A stretch of 64,000 nucleotides of DNA from the NCBI GenBank assembly GCA_002104905.1, contig MCFE01000320.1:31521-95520 (forward strand). Reading direction: 5' to 3'. Shown here piece after piece: positions 24,716 through 37,153 of this stretch. The notes under the pieces were generated by a model, which worked only from the letters and a program-made list of their open reading frames with translations, searched no databases and was not told the origin of the DNA. Each line of letters opens with the position of its first letter. The stretch's first letter is position 1. Position numbers and translations under genes: made by a program. This stretch comes from Basidiobolus meristosporus CBS 931.73. Its lineage: Eukaryota > Fungi > Basidiobolomycota.

Positions 24716-26115
24716 ATGCAGATGGCCAAAAAACTCGCACTTGCACTTCTCTTCGCCTCCTGCTCCGTCACTCTTGTCACTGGACAGGGCTGCGGTGGGA
24801 CCCGGGTAAGAAGAGAGTTCCGACAGCTCTCCAACGGTGAAAAGACCGCTTTCATCGAAGCGATCAACACTCTGAAGCAAAGCGGTGTTTATGATCGCTT
24901 GGTGAATGTTCATCTAACCTATGTCCCACACGCCCACTCCACCGCACCGTTCTTTACCTGGCATCGTGTTTTTATTCACCAGTTCGAGAATGCCTTGCGC
25001 GCGGTCAATCCCAGCCTCACATTGCCATACTGGGTATGTATCTATGTTGCCCACCAATCATCATTCCCACCTACTAGCTGAGCAGCTGGTTTATGCGGCG
25101 ATCCGTGCAGTCAAGCATGTCACAACCCCCTTTCCACTGCAGTGACTGACCAGGTTTCACCCTTGCTCTGTATGTAGGATTGGACAATCGAGGCAAGAAG
25201 CCCGGAGAACAGCGAGATATGGAGATGGTTTGGAGGGAATGGAAACGGTGTTGGCGACAGCTGCTTGACCGAGGGACCATTTGGTGGCTGGGAAGCGCGA
25301 TTCCCAAGACGCCACTGCTTATCACGACGATGGGATGGTGGTCGTTCTATCTCGTCCTTCTGGTCTCGCCAATCACTCAACAACATAATTCGTCGCTCTC
25401 GTGATTACGACGAGCTACGCGAATACATCGAACCTGGCCCCCATGCAGCTGTCCACTTTGGCGTAGGTGGTGACTTCAGGGTGATGTCAAGTCCCAACGA
25501 GTAAGTCAGGTTTCCCACCATTCGTCTCCCTTCGGCCATGAGCCTTACACTGCTATCCTGCCCAACTTTAGCCCACTATTCTGGATGCACCATGCCTTTG
25601 TCGACAAGATCTGGGCCGACTGGCAAGAGGCAAATCCCTCCTTGGCTAACGACTACAGCGGGACAAATCAAATGGATGGAAATCCCGCGACGGCCAACGA
25701 TCCATTGGATCCATTTGGATACAGTGTTCAAGATATTCTGCACACCAGCGCTCTGTGCTATCGATATGCCGGCGGGCGAAACCGGCGCTCGATCGAGCTT
25801 GAGAAGCGGGCGGTGGCCGATGAGTCCATCGACGTGCTTCTCACCACGCAGAAGATGAACTTCACGCTTAGCGAGCTGCTGGAGAAGGTGGTCGCCATGG
25901 ATCGACCAAACTACAGCAGCATCTTCGGGCTACCAGGTTCCCTTGACCGGGATTCCAAGGAGATGAACGTCCCCGCAGCATTGGACCTTGAATACATCAA
26001 CATGTATGGATTCGACGTGCGTAAAGTACGTACGGTGGAGATCGAGAACGCCCTTTGGATCAAGCAGTTGAATCAGCTGGCTAGCACAGAGGCAGCACGG
26101 AGTCTTTTAGAATAG
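24716..26115 (+). CDS. Secreted tyrosinase, paralog 2, 3 exons
   Basis: Same CuA/CuB His motifs. Introns at about 25034-25179 and 25501-25571. Confidence 0.9.
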
Positions 26116-26255
26116 AGTTTGCCTAGAGAGATCACATGATACCTTTGATATTGATTGAATAAATGCGTCCGTTTCAGTCCAGTGGAAGCCAGGTTTAATC
26201 CGGGTGTTTATTGATATGAGTTAGAGAGGATTGGGATTGGGATCGGGATCGGGGT

Positions 26256-28465
26256 CTACATATTCCTTGATTGCATCAAGCTAGACTGTGTGCTGGAAAC
26301 ATCCTTGAGCTGGGCATTCAGCGAGGAGGAGTTCTGATCGATCCACTCCAGTGAAGTCAAGTGGGCATTCAGGATCTGAACGATCTGCGCGATCTACAAA
26401 GAAGTCACGTTAGGAGCTGCTGAAAGACTGGGTGGGTTAGGGTCATCTACTTACCGGATCCTCATCATCCTGCGCCTCCTTGGTGCCCGAGAGTACGGCG
26501 GATTGGTTGATTTCATCGATCATGGTGGCCAGGTTCTTGGACATGTCGTCGAGCTGCTTGTTCAATCCTTCGGCCAGGTTGTAGGCCTTTTCTCTTTCCT
26601 CGTCGGCCGGCTGGACTCCCTCGCCGCGAGCCAAGCCCCCGTCGAGCAACTCACGGACCTGAGATTCGTACGCGTCGAGGATGCTCGAGAGCTCTTGCTG
26701 CTGTGAGTCGATGTATTCGAGATTCTGGTCGATGTTGGCCTGGGTGGCCTCGGCCGCCACCGTCTCGGTATAAAGCTTCGAGATCTTCTCCCCATTCTCC
26801 ACCAGGACCCGGTCCCATTCCGCCACCTCCACCGCTTGCTCATGGAACTTCTTGGTATACTGGGTGAGCTCGGAGCTCCATTTGTTCAGGATCTCGTCCA
26901 TGGTCTTGTTCTTGAAAGTGGATGTGGTGGGTGTGCTGGCGGCAGCAGTCGAGGCGCTAAGTGTACTGTCAGCCGGTTTCGAGGTGAGTGTAGGATTGGT
27001 ACTGGAAAGTGGGGAAATGGCCGGTTGGCTGGTGGTGGTGGTGGTGGAGAGGCTTGTGGCTGGCTTGGATCCTAAAGAGAATCCAGTGGTTGAAGCCGCA
27101 GTGGTAGCTGGAGCACTACTTTCTGTGGACTTGGCACCAAAGGAAAATCCTGAGGCAGCAGCGGGTTGACTGCTAGTCGTAAGGCCTGTAGAAGCGGCGG
27201 GGGCAGACGCGGCGGCGGAAACGGCTGACTTGGCACCAAAGGAGAATCCTCCAGATGTGGCAGGAGCGGCGGGCTTATCTCCCAAAGTTAGTGTGCTGGT
27301 AGTGTCGGGCTTGGAAGGAGTCGACGTAGGGGTTGTGCTGCCAAAGAGTCCAGTGCTAGGTGTAGCTGAAGGGGTCGATGGGGCTGGCGTAGATGCACCA
27401 AACGAGAATCCGCCTGCAGGTTTAGCAGCGGCTGTAGAAGTGGCTGTAGAGGTAGCTGGAGTTGCTGCGGAGGCACCAAAGCTAAAGCCGCCAGAAGTTG
27501 CCGGAGTGGTGGCTGTTGGCGTGGCAGCAGGAGCTGCTGTGGAAGTACCAAAGCTAAATCCACCGGTGGTTGCTGGAGCAGCAGTTGTATTGGTGGGGGC
27601 TGGGGTCGAAGTGGTAGCACCAAAGCCAAATCCACCAGCAGTGGCGGGTGCAGCGGCCGTAGTAGCAGCTGGTGTTGTGGTAGACGAGCCAAAGCTAAAA
27701 CCACCGGGGGCCGCAGGGGTAGTGGTTGTGGTAGCAGCTGGTGTGGAAGTAGAAGAGCCAAAGCCGAACCCGCCAGTGGTAGCAGGAGTAGCAGTTGTGT
27801 TGGAGGCTGCTGAGCCGAAGCTAAAGCCACTAGGTGCGGCGGGAGTAGCAGCAGCAGTAGTGGTAGCTGGGGTAGAGGCAGCGGCCGAAGAACCAAAGCT
27901 GAATCCGCCGGAGGCTGCAGGGGCAGTAGCGGTGGAGCCAAAACTAAAACCACCGGTGGCAGGCTTTACTGAAGATGTGGTAGTTGAAGCAGGTTGGGTA
28001 GTGTTGCCTGTGGTGGAGCCAAAACTAAAGCCTCCAGTGGCGGGCTTCGCGGCAGGAGTGGAACTAGCATTGTTGCTTGCGAAACCGCCAAATCCTGAGG
28101 CTGGCGTTGTGGACGAAGCGCCTGAACCGAACGAAAATCCGGAGGTGCCTGTGGTTTGAGTGTTGGCTGGAGTACTAGAGCCACCAAAGGAAAATCCTGA
28201 TGATTGTGTGTTGGATCCTAAGCAACAACACGAAAGTGTTAAACCCTGAACAACGACAGCGGGTGTACGGCGACTTTGCCCGATATTTGGACCGACTTCC
28301 ACTCAATCAAATAGCAAATGTCTTACCAGTGGCACTGGAACCGAAGGAGAATCCGGACGCGGGTTTACTCGTATTATTATTACCAAAGCTGAATCCGGCT
28401 TGGAAAAGGAAGAAGGGCGTTAGAATTGAGCGTAGTATCTTCGTGATGGGGATCTACTTACACAT
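26256..28465 (-). CDS. NSP1: FG nucleoporin Nsp1/Nup62
   Basis: Many GGFSFG repeats and an Nsp1_C coiled coil (KNKTMDEILNKWSSEL...EQAVEVAEWDRVLVENG...IVQILNAHLTSLEWID). Confidence 0.95.
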
Positions 28466-28724
28466 TGTCTAGAAAAATACTCAAGGAGGAATCGCTGGTA
28501 ACAACTGGTGTTAATTCAAGCAGATTATTTACAATTCAAGAAAAAAAACTAGCTCCTGATGAAGCAAACACCGTGGACGGTTGGTGATGTTTAATTTAAG
28601 CGGGGAGCAGGCAATCAATGATAAATCAAAGCTGGGTTAGTGTGAAGTTTTCTATATTTAATTAACTTTTAAGCCAAACATGATTTGGTAGATAAACCGG
28701 AAGTACAAATAAATATGCGGCTGA

Positions 28725-31360
28725 CTAGAAATCCAGATCCAGCAGATTGCCAACGTTCTGCGAGTTGGCGGACATCGCATTAATATTATTGCTGTATGGA
28801 TTGGCCATGGAGACGGTATTGGCATATGGGTTGTTCAACGGGACAGGTGCAGGGTTGGTGGTGTAGGGGTTGTCATTTGTGTTGTATAAGCTGATGTTGT
28901 AGGGATCATTGGCAGCGGAGGTGGCTTGCGGGGTAGAAATGCTAGAGTACGACGGGGATTTCTGGCTCTGGTTGAGCAATTTCGAGGCTGGTAGGTGTCG
29001 TGGCTTGACTCCCTTTATGAATGTGGTGGGGGGCTTATGGTAGATCGAGGCTAAGCTGGAGATATTCAGCAGAAGCTCGTCTAATAAGTGAGTATCCATG
29101 TTGTCGGACTCGGTGGAGATTTGTGGTTTGTCCGACAAGAGGACAGCCTGAAAGAGCGTGAATACAGCGGCCGGGACAACCTACGTAAATAAACGTACCT
29201 TGGCGGCGGCAGGGTCGGTGGACAGAAGTCTCCAATAGATATATCCACGGTCTCTGAGGTCTGGATTATCCACCTCCTCGGTGGCCCATTTCAGAACTCT
29301 GGGAACCAACTCCTGGCCAGCACTGGGCCTTTTGATGAAGAGCTTGATGGTCGCCGTGAGCAATGCTAGTTGGACCTGCTGGCGGTCAATACTCAGCCGA
29401 TACATGCAGCGCTTCTCTCATAAAGTTACCTCGGTTGTCTCCTCCAAAAAGGTATCCAGGAAGCCCTCAAGGACTTCGTAGGAGTTTTCGATTCTCTCGG
29501 CATACTGTCCAATAATCCAGATCATGGCTACCTTGGCTTCAGGCTCATCCAAGCTGTCCAAGTTCTCACAGAGCTTGTTGATGATGCTCTCGTACTGGTT
29601 GGGATACTTGCGGAAAATGTCCTAAGTGGAGGGGCTCGTCAGCAGCCGTAGGGTCCAAGGCACCGGGCAAACACTCACCTTGATGACAACGATGGCTTCT
29701 TGGACAACGTAATTCACTTTGGTTTGGATGAGGTCCAGTAGTGTTTCAATGCACCGCTCCGCTGCGGACTCGATCTTGATGGCGAGACGGCCTATGCACC
29801 GAACAGCCTTTCTTACGAAATCAACATCGACTTCAGTAGCGTATCTGTCAACAGTAAGGTGAGCGAGGTTTCGTAGGGCCGGGTGGCGTGGCATGCTACT
29901 GACTCTTTGAGCTCCATAAGCACCTGGTTCACGTTGGTGACATTGGCCAATCTAAAAATGATCTCAAGTTTGGCCAGCTTCACGTAGATCGGGTCATCGT
30001 ATCTGCAGAAGAACACCTTCATTTCATTTTTGAGAACATCGGGCCGCTTCTGGATGATCAACAGGATGTTGCGAAGGGCGACGTATTGAACCTCGGGCTC
30101 ACTAGATAGCAGGGTGACTGAGAAATGGGTCAGAGACTTGCGAGGCTCAGCGGTGAAGAGCACATCCTACCAAGCGGCGGGGAGAGTTTCTTGCACAGGT
30201 TGGTGATATCCTCCTCCTTCGTCATGTAGTTCATCAGGTACATGATTAGTTTGACAGCGGTGAGAACTACACTGGAGTTGGCGTGCTGAAGGCGAGGAGC
30301 AATGCGCTCGACTAGCAGTTCGGTGTCTCCGGGCTCCTGGGGGACCACATACATCAATGCCTCCAAGATGTAGCTTTGGCCCCACCTACAAGCAAACCAA
30401 AAGAGGTCAGAGTGCTGACGCTTGTCTCGTGCTCGCTCGCGAAAACTTACTCGGAGCATTCGTTGAGGGCGGCGATCAGCTTGGTGGCTATGGTCATGTT
30501 CAGATTCATCCCGATGTTATCGGATCTCTCCGAAATCTCCGTCAGCGCGGCTACTGAATTGGCGACAACCTTGGTATCGAGTGGGTTGGAGTTTGGTTAT
30601 GAGGCGCTGTAGCGGAGAATCGAGTAAAACCTACCGTGGGGTTAGAATCAGCAAGCATATCGCGAAGCATGTTGACAAAGCCCTCCTCTTCAACAAGCTC
30701 GCTGTCATGCATATAGAGTTTGGCTACACATATCGCTGCGGTCTTACGAACGTACGGGTCTTGATCCCGCAGGCAACGACGTAGTGGGTCGCACAAGGAG
30801 TCAATGGCTTGCTCAACGTTGATGTAGCTCATGGTACGAATGGCGAGTGCGCGAATCAGGGGGTTCGAGTCTGTGATGTCCTATAGCGGGAGGGTTTCTT
30901 AACACTCGTGATTGCGAACCTAATCCGCTTCTGGTCGAGCCACTTACCTTCAAGAAATAATTGACTGCCATACCCGCCATTTCGGGCTTGCTTCTAGCGT
31001 AGTTGATCAGGTATAGATAGACCATTTTCTTGACCTCAAGACTGGGGATTTCCATACAGGGCAGGACATCCTGATACAGCGAAGACATATCATTTCCCAT
31101 GGTCATGTTGGCGACAATCTTCTTCATGACCACTTTCTTTCTAGCATATTTGACATCTTTTTTGTCGGAATTGAGCTCCGCCCGAAGCTCCTGGATTTTC
31201 CCTGTTCAAATGGCAGTTAGTAGGGGCCTGTTTAGAATGAGTAGCGCCGAACACTGTTAGATGCACGAATGGGATGGAGGAAACCAGATGGGGAAAGGCT
31301 TAATGAAAGCTGAACGAGGCTAGAAAACGAACCTCTTTGGAAGTACTTTGCGTCAGACAT
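28725..31360 (-). CDS. APL1: AP-2 adaptor complex beta subunit (Adaptin_N)
   Basis: [77 protein letters not shown]. Confidence 0.9.
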
Positions 31361-31950
31361 AGTAGGTTTTTGTCAACTGAAGCGTGTGGAAGGTGCGGAC
31401 AGGTAGTGAGTTTTGTATGGATGATTAAGAATCCCATCAAATTAACCAGCATCGATCATCAAGCGGGTTCTTAATTACAATGACTATTTATTTGAACAAT
31501 GAATCTAACAGTATCATGTTGAGCTGTCACTACTTCTAGGGTTACTGGTGGTTTACATATGGAGTTGCTGCTTCTTACTGTGCTCGAATCACTCGACTAT
31601 ATACAAAGACCCAGCCAACTGCATCTATCGCGCTTTGTGCCCAAAAACGATTATCAAGGGGAGTAAGCGAAAGAAAGGCGGCAGTGGTATCCAGTTAGCA
31701 TGTAACGTTACGGTGCGAGGTTTGCATGGATTCAACAATATGAAAGGACAAAGACAGGAAAGAGAAGTAGTTGAACAAAGATGCTGATAAAAATCACCGT
31801 GGCAGATGGTGAGTAGAGGGGGGTGGGTGGTGGATACAATTAGTTGTGGCTAGCATGAGCTCTCAGAGAAGCTCGAATCAGTTTGTTCTTTTTACGCTTT
31901 ACCTTCACCACGAAAGGGACGGATTTGAGAGAATTAAATTAATGCTATTA

Positions 31951-34900
31951 TTATTGCTCCACTCTCTTGGGCACGGATTGCTCCTTGAATTGCTGCAGCA
32001 TTTCTTTGGCAATCTCCCGCACAAGAACAGCAGTGTCCTCTTGGCTTAGCCTATCAACCAGTGGAAGTAGGCTGTAATCACTGACCAGTCCCTTCGGGCT
32101 CAGACTATAATCATAGACCGAACGCAAAATGCGAAGCAAGTTCAGGCGGACCGAGGCTTTTGGATGATTCAGCTTCTCCAGCAGCTTCTCCATGAAGTTT
32201 GCCTTCGCAATGCCTCGATTGACCGGCTTAGAAAGCCGCATCAGCTTATGAAGCGGCTCCAGGAGGTTGATGAAGCTGTTGTTTTTCGCGTAGATGAAAG
32301 CCTTGATGATGGTGCGGATGTTATCTGGAAGCAGCAGAACCGCTTCCACAGCCGTGGGTTCGTCTTGGACCCTGGACAAGAAACGAAAGTAAATCCGATG
32401 ATCAACAACGACATCTCCACTCCCAACCCTTACCACACGAGTATGGCCTCCATGGCGTTCACCTGCCAATAGGGGTCTAAGAGCAGGGAGATATACAGCT
32501 GCAACCCGTTGTGCCGTTGCAGAGCGTACCGACATATGCGCCCCGCATGGGCCATCTGACAAAGGATCGGAAGCGCAAACTGTCTCATGGGGCTGTTCAT
32601 CTCCACGAAGTGCTGCAGATGCGGAATCAGCCCTGAACCAGCGGCTATCTCTTGCCGGTTCTTGTTGATATGGCACAGGTTGAACATCACGTTGAGGATT
32701 TGGTTGCTGGTCTCGGTAAAGTAGATGGACGCACTACGATCGAGGCATGCGGTTAGAATCTGGATGGCGTTCACCTTCTGCAGCGTCTCGAGGGTCGAGG
32801 AGTTCATCGAAATGTTCTTGACACACTTGAGCATTTTGAGGAAGAGGTCTGGAGGCAGGTTCATCAGCTCGTTCAGGATTCCTGGAAAGACGGCGGGTAA
32901 GTATGGCAGGGAGCTCCCCGAGGCGAACACGGGACTTACTTTTGAGAACATGTCTAGTGGCCATCAACTCCCGGATGTTGTTGTCTGCCTGAGAGAAGAT
33001 GAGGAAAATGTTGGCTACCTTGGTGAGATACTTCAGCGCCAATGGGTCATCATCCATCAAAGTATGGTGCAAGACATTTGCAAGGGGCTCCAGGAAGCCG
33101 CTCTTCGCGAACAGATGGCAGAAATCGTTCTTCGGCGTGGGTCCCTTGGAGACATATCGGATTAGCCATCGTGAAGACGATGAGGGCAGCAGGACTTACG
33201 TTCAACTCAAAGATACTGGAGATGCCGTTGATTCCGATCCACACCAGCTCCTTCTCGACGCGATAGTCCTCTTCCAAGAAGTCCACCAGCACCCTTAGTC
33301 CACGGCAGGAGATGAACATCTGCAACGTCAGAGTGCTTGTGTGGCACATTTGCTTGATGAAATAGGCGGCTTCTATTCGGATGTTGCGATGGTATTTCCT
33401 GCTTGCAAAGTCCATGACCACCGGGATGCCGCCCACCAGACAGAGATACTCTTGGATCTCCTTGTTGTTGTAGATGATCTGGAGAATACACCGCTTCGAT
33501 TAAACAGGGACCCCTTAGGGAGTGCACAGCGCGACAGTACCTGGTTGATGATCTGAAGAAGCTTCCCAACTATCGACTCCTTCGTCGAGGCTTGAAGGAT
33601 CTCCATGATTGGGATAATCCCGTGGTACGAGATGAATTTGCTCCTCATCTCCGGATGGTCGATCAATATCCCGATCTAGCAAGCCGCTGGTTAGTGCGCG
33701 GGAAGGGAAGGCAAGCGGGAAAGAATTAGGAAGGGAAGGCAGGCGGGAAAGAATTAGGAAGAGAAGGCAGGCGGGAATGAATTAGGAAGGGAAGGCAGGC
33801 GGGAATGAATTACCATGCGGGAGCAGATCTCTGACACCTCCTCCTCGGACTTGTCTGACTGCAGCTCTTTGATAAGCTCGGTGATTTCGTTGCAGATACG
33901 GGCCAGCTTGTCTTTCGCCATATTTGCTTCCAAGTCTGCACGAGCGATTAGTACACAGCGCAATACGACTTCAGCTCGTGGACAGTACCCATCTCTTCGA
34001 AGTCCTCGTCAATATTCGCAAAGGGGTCATCGGAGTCGCTCTCGCACTCGTCGGTCAACTGTATGCACAAGGGTAAGCTGTGGTGCGGCTGGGAGTCGCG
34101 AATGGCGGAGCCTCTTACCATGGATTTGAACCCATATTCAGGATTGAGCTGCAGCGTTTGGAATGTGGTGGCCTCGACGTCTATGGTGGAAATGGTTAGC
34201 CCTTCCTGGCGGGAACATATGGGGGCCCGTGGATTACCGATATGCGATTTCCCGAAGAGATCGGAGTAATCATCCTCCTCCGTCTCCATGTACTGGCTTA
34301 TTCCCCTGGACTTCCTACTGTCTACGTCCAGCAAGTTGGCTTGCAGTCGCCGCTGCAGGGCGCCATTGCTGGGCATGTCCTGGTCGGCAAGCTTCACGGT
34401 GGCAAAGGCTTAGTCGGCAGCGGGGCGAATGGAGGACATGTGAGTGGTTACCCTGATTGTTTCGAGCTTGCCCACGATGATCTCGTCTGGGGGAGAGTAC
34501 TCGTCGAATTCCTCGATGTACGTCTCCACCCTGATGCAGCTTTCTTCCTGGAGGCCCCCCTTCTTCATCCTAGAGAGCGACAGGTCGGAGTCGGATACAA
34601 TGAAGTCATCGTCCCAGATGTCCTCGTCCGTCTCCGGCTCGATCGAGGTGGAGGCCAATTTGGCTTTGATCGGGGCAGGAGACGGATACGGGGAGAACGT
34701 CAGGTTGAATAGCTTCTCGGCATTTGGCCGGGTCGGGATGCCCCCGTCCATATCTAGCAAAACCGCCTGTTAGTTGCCAGGGTGATGGCGCAAGCACGAG
34801 AGGCCGGCTTACCCTCCGGCGATCGGTAAGTGGCCGCGAATTTTTTCCTTCTTTCCGAGCTGTTCATGTTCACTCGCGGGGAGGAATAGGTTTCTAGGGG

Positions 34901-36295
34901 TGGGAGTGGGTCAGGCATGGATCGGCCGATGTCCCGCGGCAACACACTCTACCTTTCAGGGCGGCGTTCCAGAGCTGGACACTGCGGACATCCTCGTCAA
35001 ATTTGCTGGAGACTTGCGACCTGAATACACTCTTGTGGAACAGTAAGTATCTCTGGTCGAGGCACAGCAGTCGATGGTCGTACCCGCTTGAGAACACTCT
35101 GGATCCAGGGATGCTTCAGCAACTTCTTGGCCGACACTCGCAGATTCTGATCCTTCTGGAAGCACTGCATCAGAAAATCCTTGACTCCCTAGATAGATGG
35201 TGGTTAGTTGGGGTGCCACCGGGCGCTATCGGCAACTTGCTTACTGATGAAGCTCCTTCCGGAAGTGGCGGATGCTCATCTTGAACTATTCTGAACAAGG
35301 CAGGCATCGGGGACAGGCTGTAGTAGGGCGGATCCCCCTCCAGCATCTCCACTACAGTACACCCTACGCTCCTGTATAGTTGATTTAATAGAAGGTTTGA
35401 CTTGCTGCAATGCAACTCAACACTTGCCATATATCGGAGGCAGTGGTAGCCCCAGACAGCTCTATCACCTCCGGCGCCACTGGATAGATTTGATGGCTGC
35501 GTTAGCCAGCATTTAGCGGGTGACAATGGCAAAAATACATACTCCAGTAGGGGGAGCCCACCACCGAGCTGTCCTTTCGATGTGCTATCGTCGCCACACC
35601 AAAGTCAGCCAATTTCACTTTTCCATCTTTAGTCGAAAGTATATTTGCGCATTTGATATCTCTGTGGATTACCCCCTGCTCGTGAAGATAAAACAGTCCC
35701 TCCAGTACCTGGGTAACGTAGACTGCAACCAAGTTTTCTGGGAATTTGCCGAAGCGCTTGCTGATGGTCTTCAACGAGCCGTTCTCGCAATATCTGCAGG
35801 TTCCAACAGAAGGTCAGTCAAAGGCACGCCAGATACAACACAAAAGACCGTAAACTGTACTCTAGAATTATGTTCAAATGATCCTCTGTCTTTATGAAGC
35901 CGCCGTATTTGACGATGTTTTGATGCTGGGCCAAGTCGAACCTGTCAGTACAAAAGAGAGATTCATAACTACCGGTGGGGTTACCTTTAACTTCTTCAGC
36001 AAGTCGATTTCCATCTAAAGGCCAAGAATAGGGTGAGTGGTGGTGAGCGGAATTAGATGACCCCCAAACCCTTTACCATTATCACATCTAGCTCTGTACT
36101 AGGGATGTTCGTTAACTTTATTTGCTTTATCGCCACCACCTCCCCATTATGAAGGTTCAGCCCTCGGTATACAGAACCGAAAGCGCCTTTCCCTATGCGA
36201 TCCCCTAATTGCTGGAGAACAAAGTAAGAAACAGCTTCCTTGCCCAAGTCGTGGATTCGGTAACTCACATAATCACGGATTAAAGTCGAAGCCAT
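31951..36295 (-). CDS. sepH: Septation/mitotic-exit kinase SepH/Cdc7(Sp)/Cdc15 with C-terminal ARM repeats, many introns
   Basis: [47 protein letters not shown], and the ARM region [16 protein letters not shown]...IRIEAAYFI. Confidence 0.92.
33701..33813. repeat. About 28-bp minisatellite, roughly 4 copies, filling a sepH intron
   Basis: Repeated GAAGGCAGGCGGGAA(A/T)GAATTAGGAAG. Confidence 0.8.
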
Positions 36296-37153
36296 GCTGC
36301 ATATTTCAGAGTAAGCACACCACTCTCAAGCCTAAAGCGGCACCAATGCTCACACTCCCATTACCTTTAACGTATGGATCACTGGTGATTTGCTGGTAAT
36401 CCCAATTCAGATGACTAATTAAACTTAAATGGAAAAAGGTTATTTAATTAGAGCGGATTGATTAAACGATCCCATCAATGATTAACTTAGTTGAAACGTA
36501 ATCATAACTGCCTACCAGGGATGCCGCCCTCCCCTCACTCATGACGGGTTGTCAAAAATATGCGATTATTTGTAATTGTAAACAAGATTGGCTGGATTGA
36601 TTTGTATTGGGTTGGATACGTGATTTTTTGAACAAATTAGATTGAGTGATTCAAAATTCAATTGAAGGAGAGATACCAGGAGGGGCAAAGGAAATAAGTA
36701 ACTTGAACTGGCTGAAGGTGACCTTTCGTGTTGTTGCCACCGGTAGGTTTCTTTTAAAACTATTCTCTTTTCTCCCTTGTTCCAAAGCGCTTTCTCGTCC
36801 ATCCTTTTCTTACTCTGTCTCCCTTTCTTCCGATCACTCACCCACCTCAACATCATCGTTGCGTACGTGACCGATTTTCAACCACCACACGCTCCCACTC
36901 TAATCTATATTATGTGTCACCCCCCCCCACTTGTCAAAGCAACCACTCTACTCCATGCTCCTCCTATCCTCCCTCCACAATACCCTTTTGATCAGCCCAT
37001 AAGCAAATTCGAGTGCTTCCAACACATTTCTAATCAAACGTATAGAAATTTTTCTATTACTCTATTTTCTTGATGCTTCCTTTTTCCTGCGTGCCTTTCA
37101 TCTTATTAACAACCATACTTAGTTTTGTTTTTGGTCTTAGTTGATAATACACA

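Noticed and set aside
26836-28187. Long antisense and alternate-frame ORFs (for example 27230-28159 +, 27288-27953 -)
   Set aside because: These are shadows of the low-complexity FG/Ala/Thr region of NSP1.
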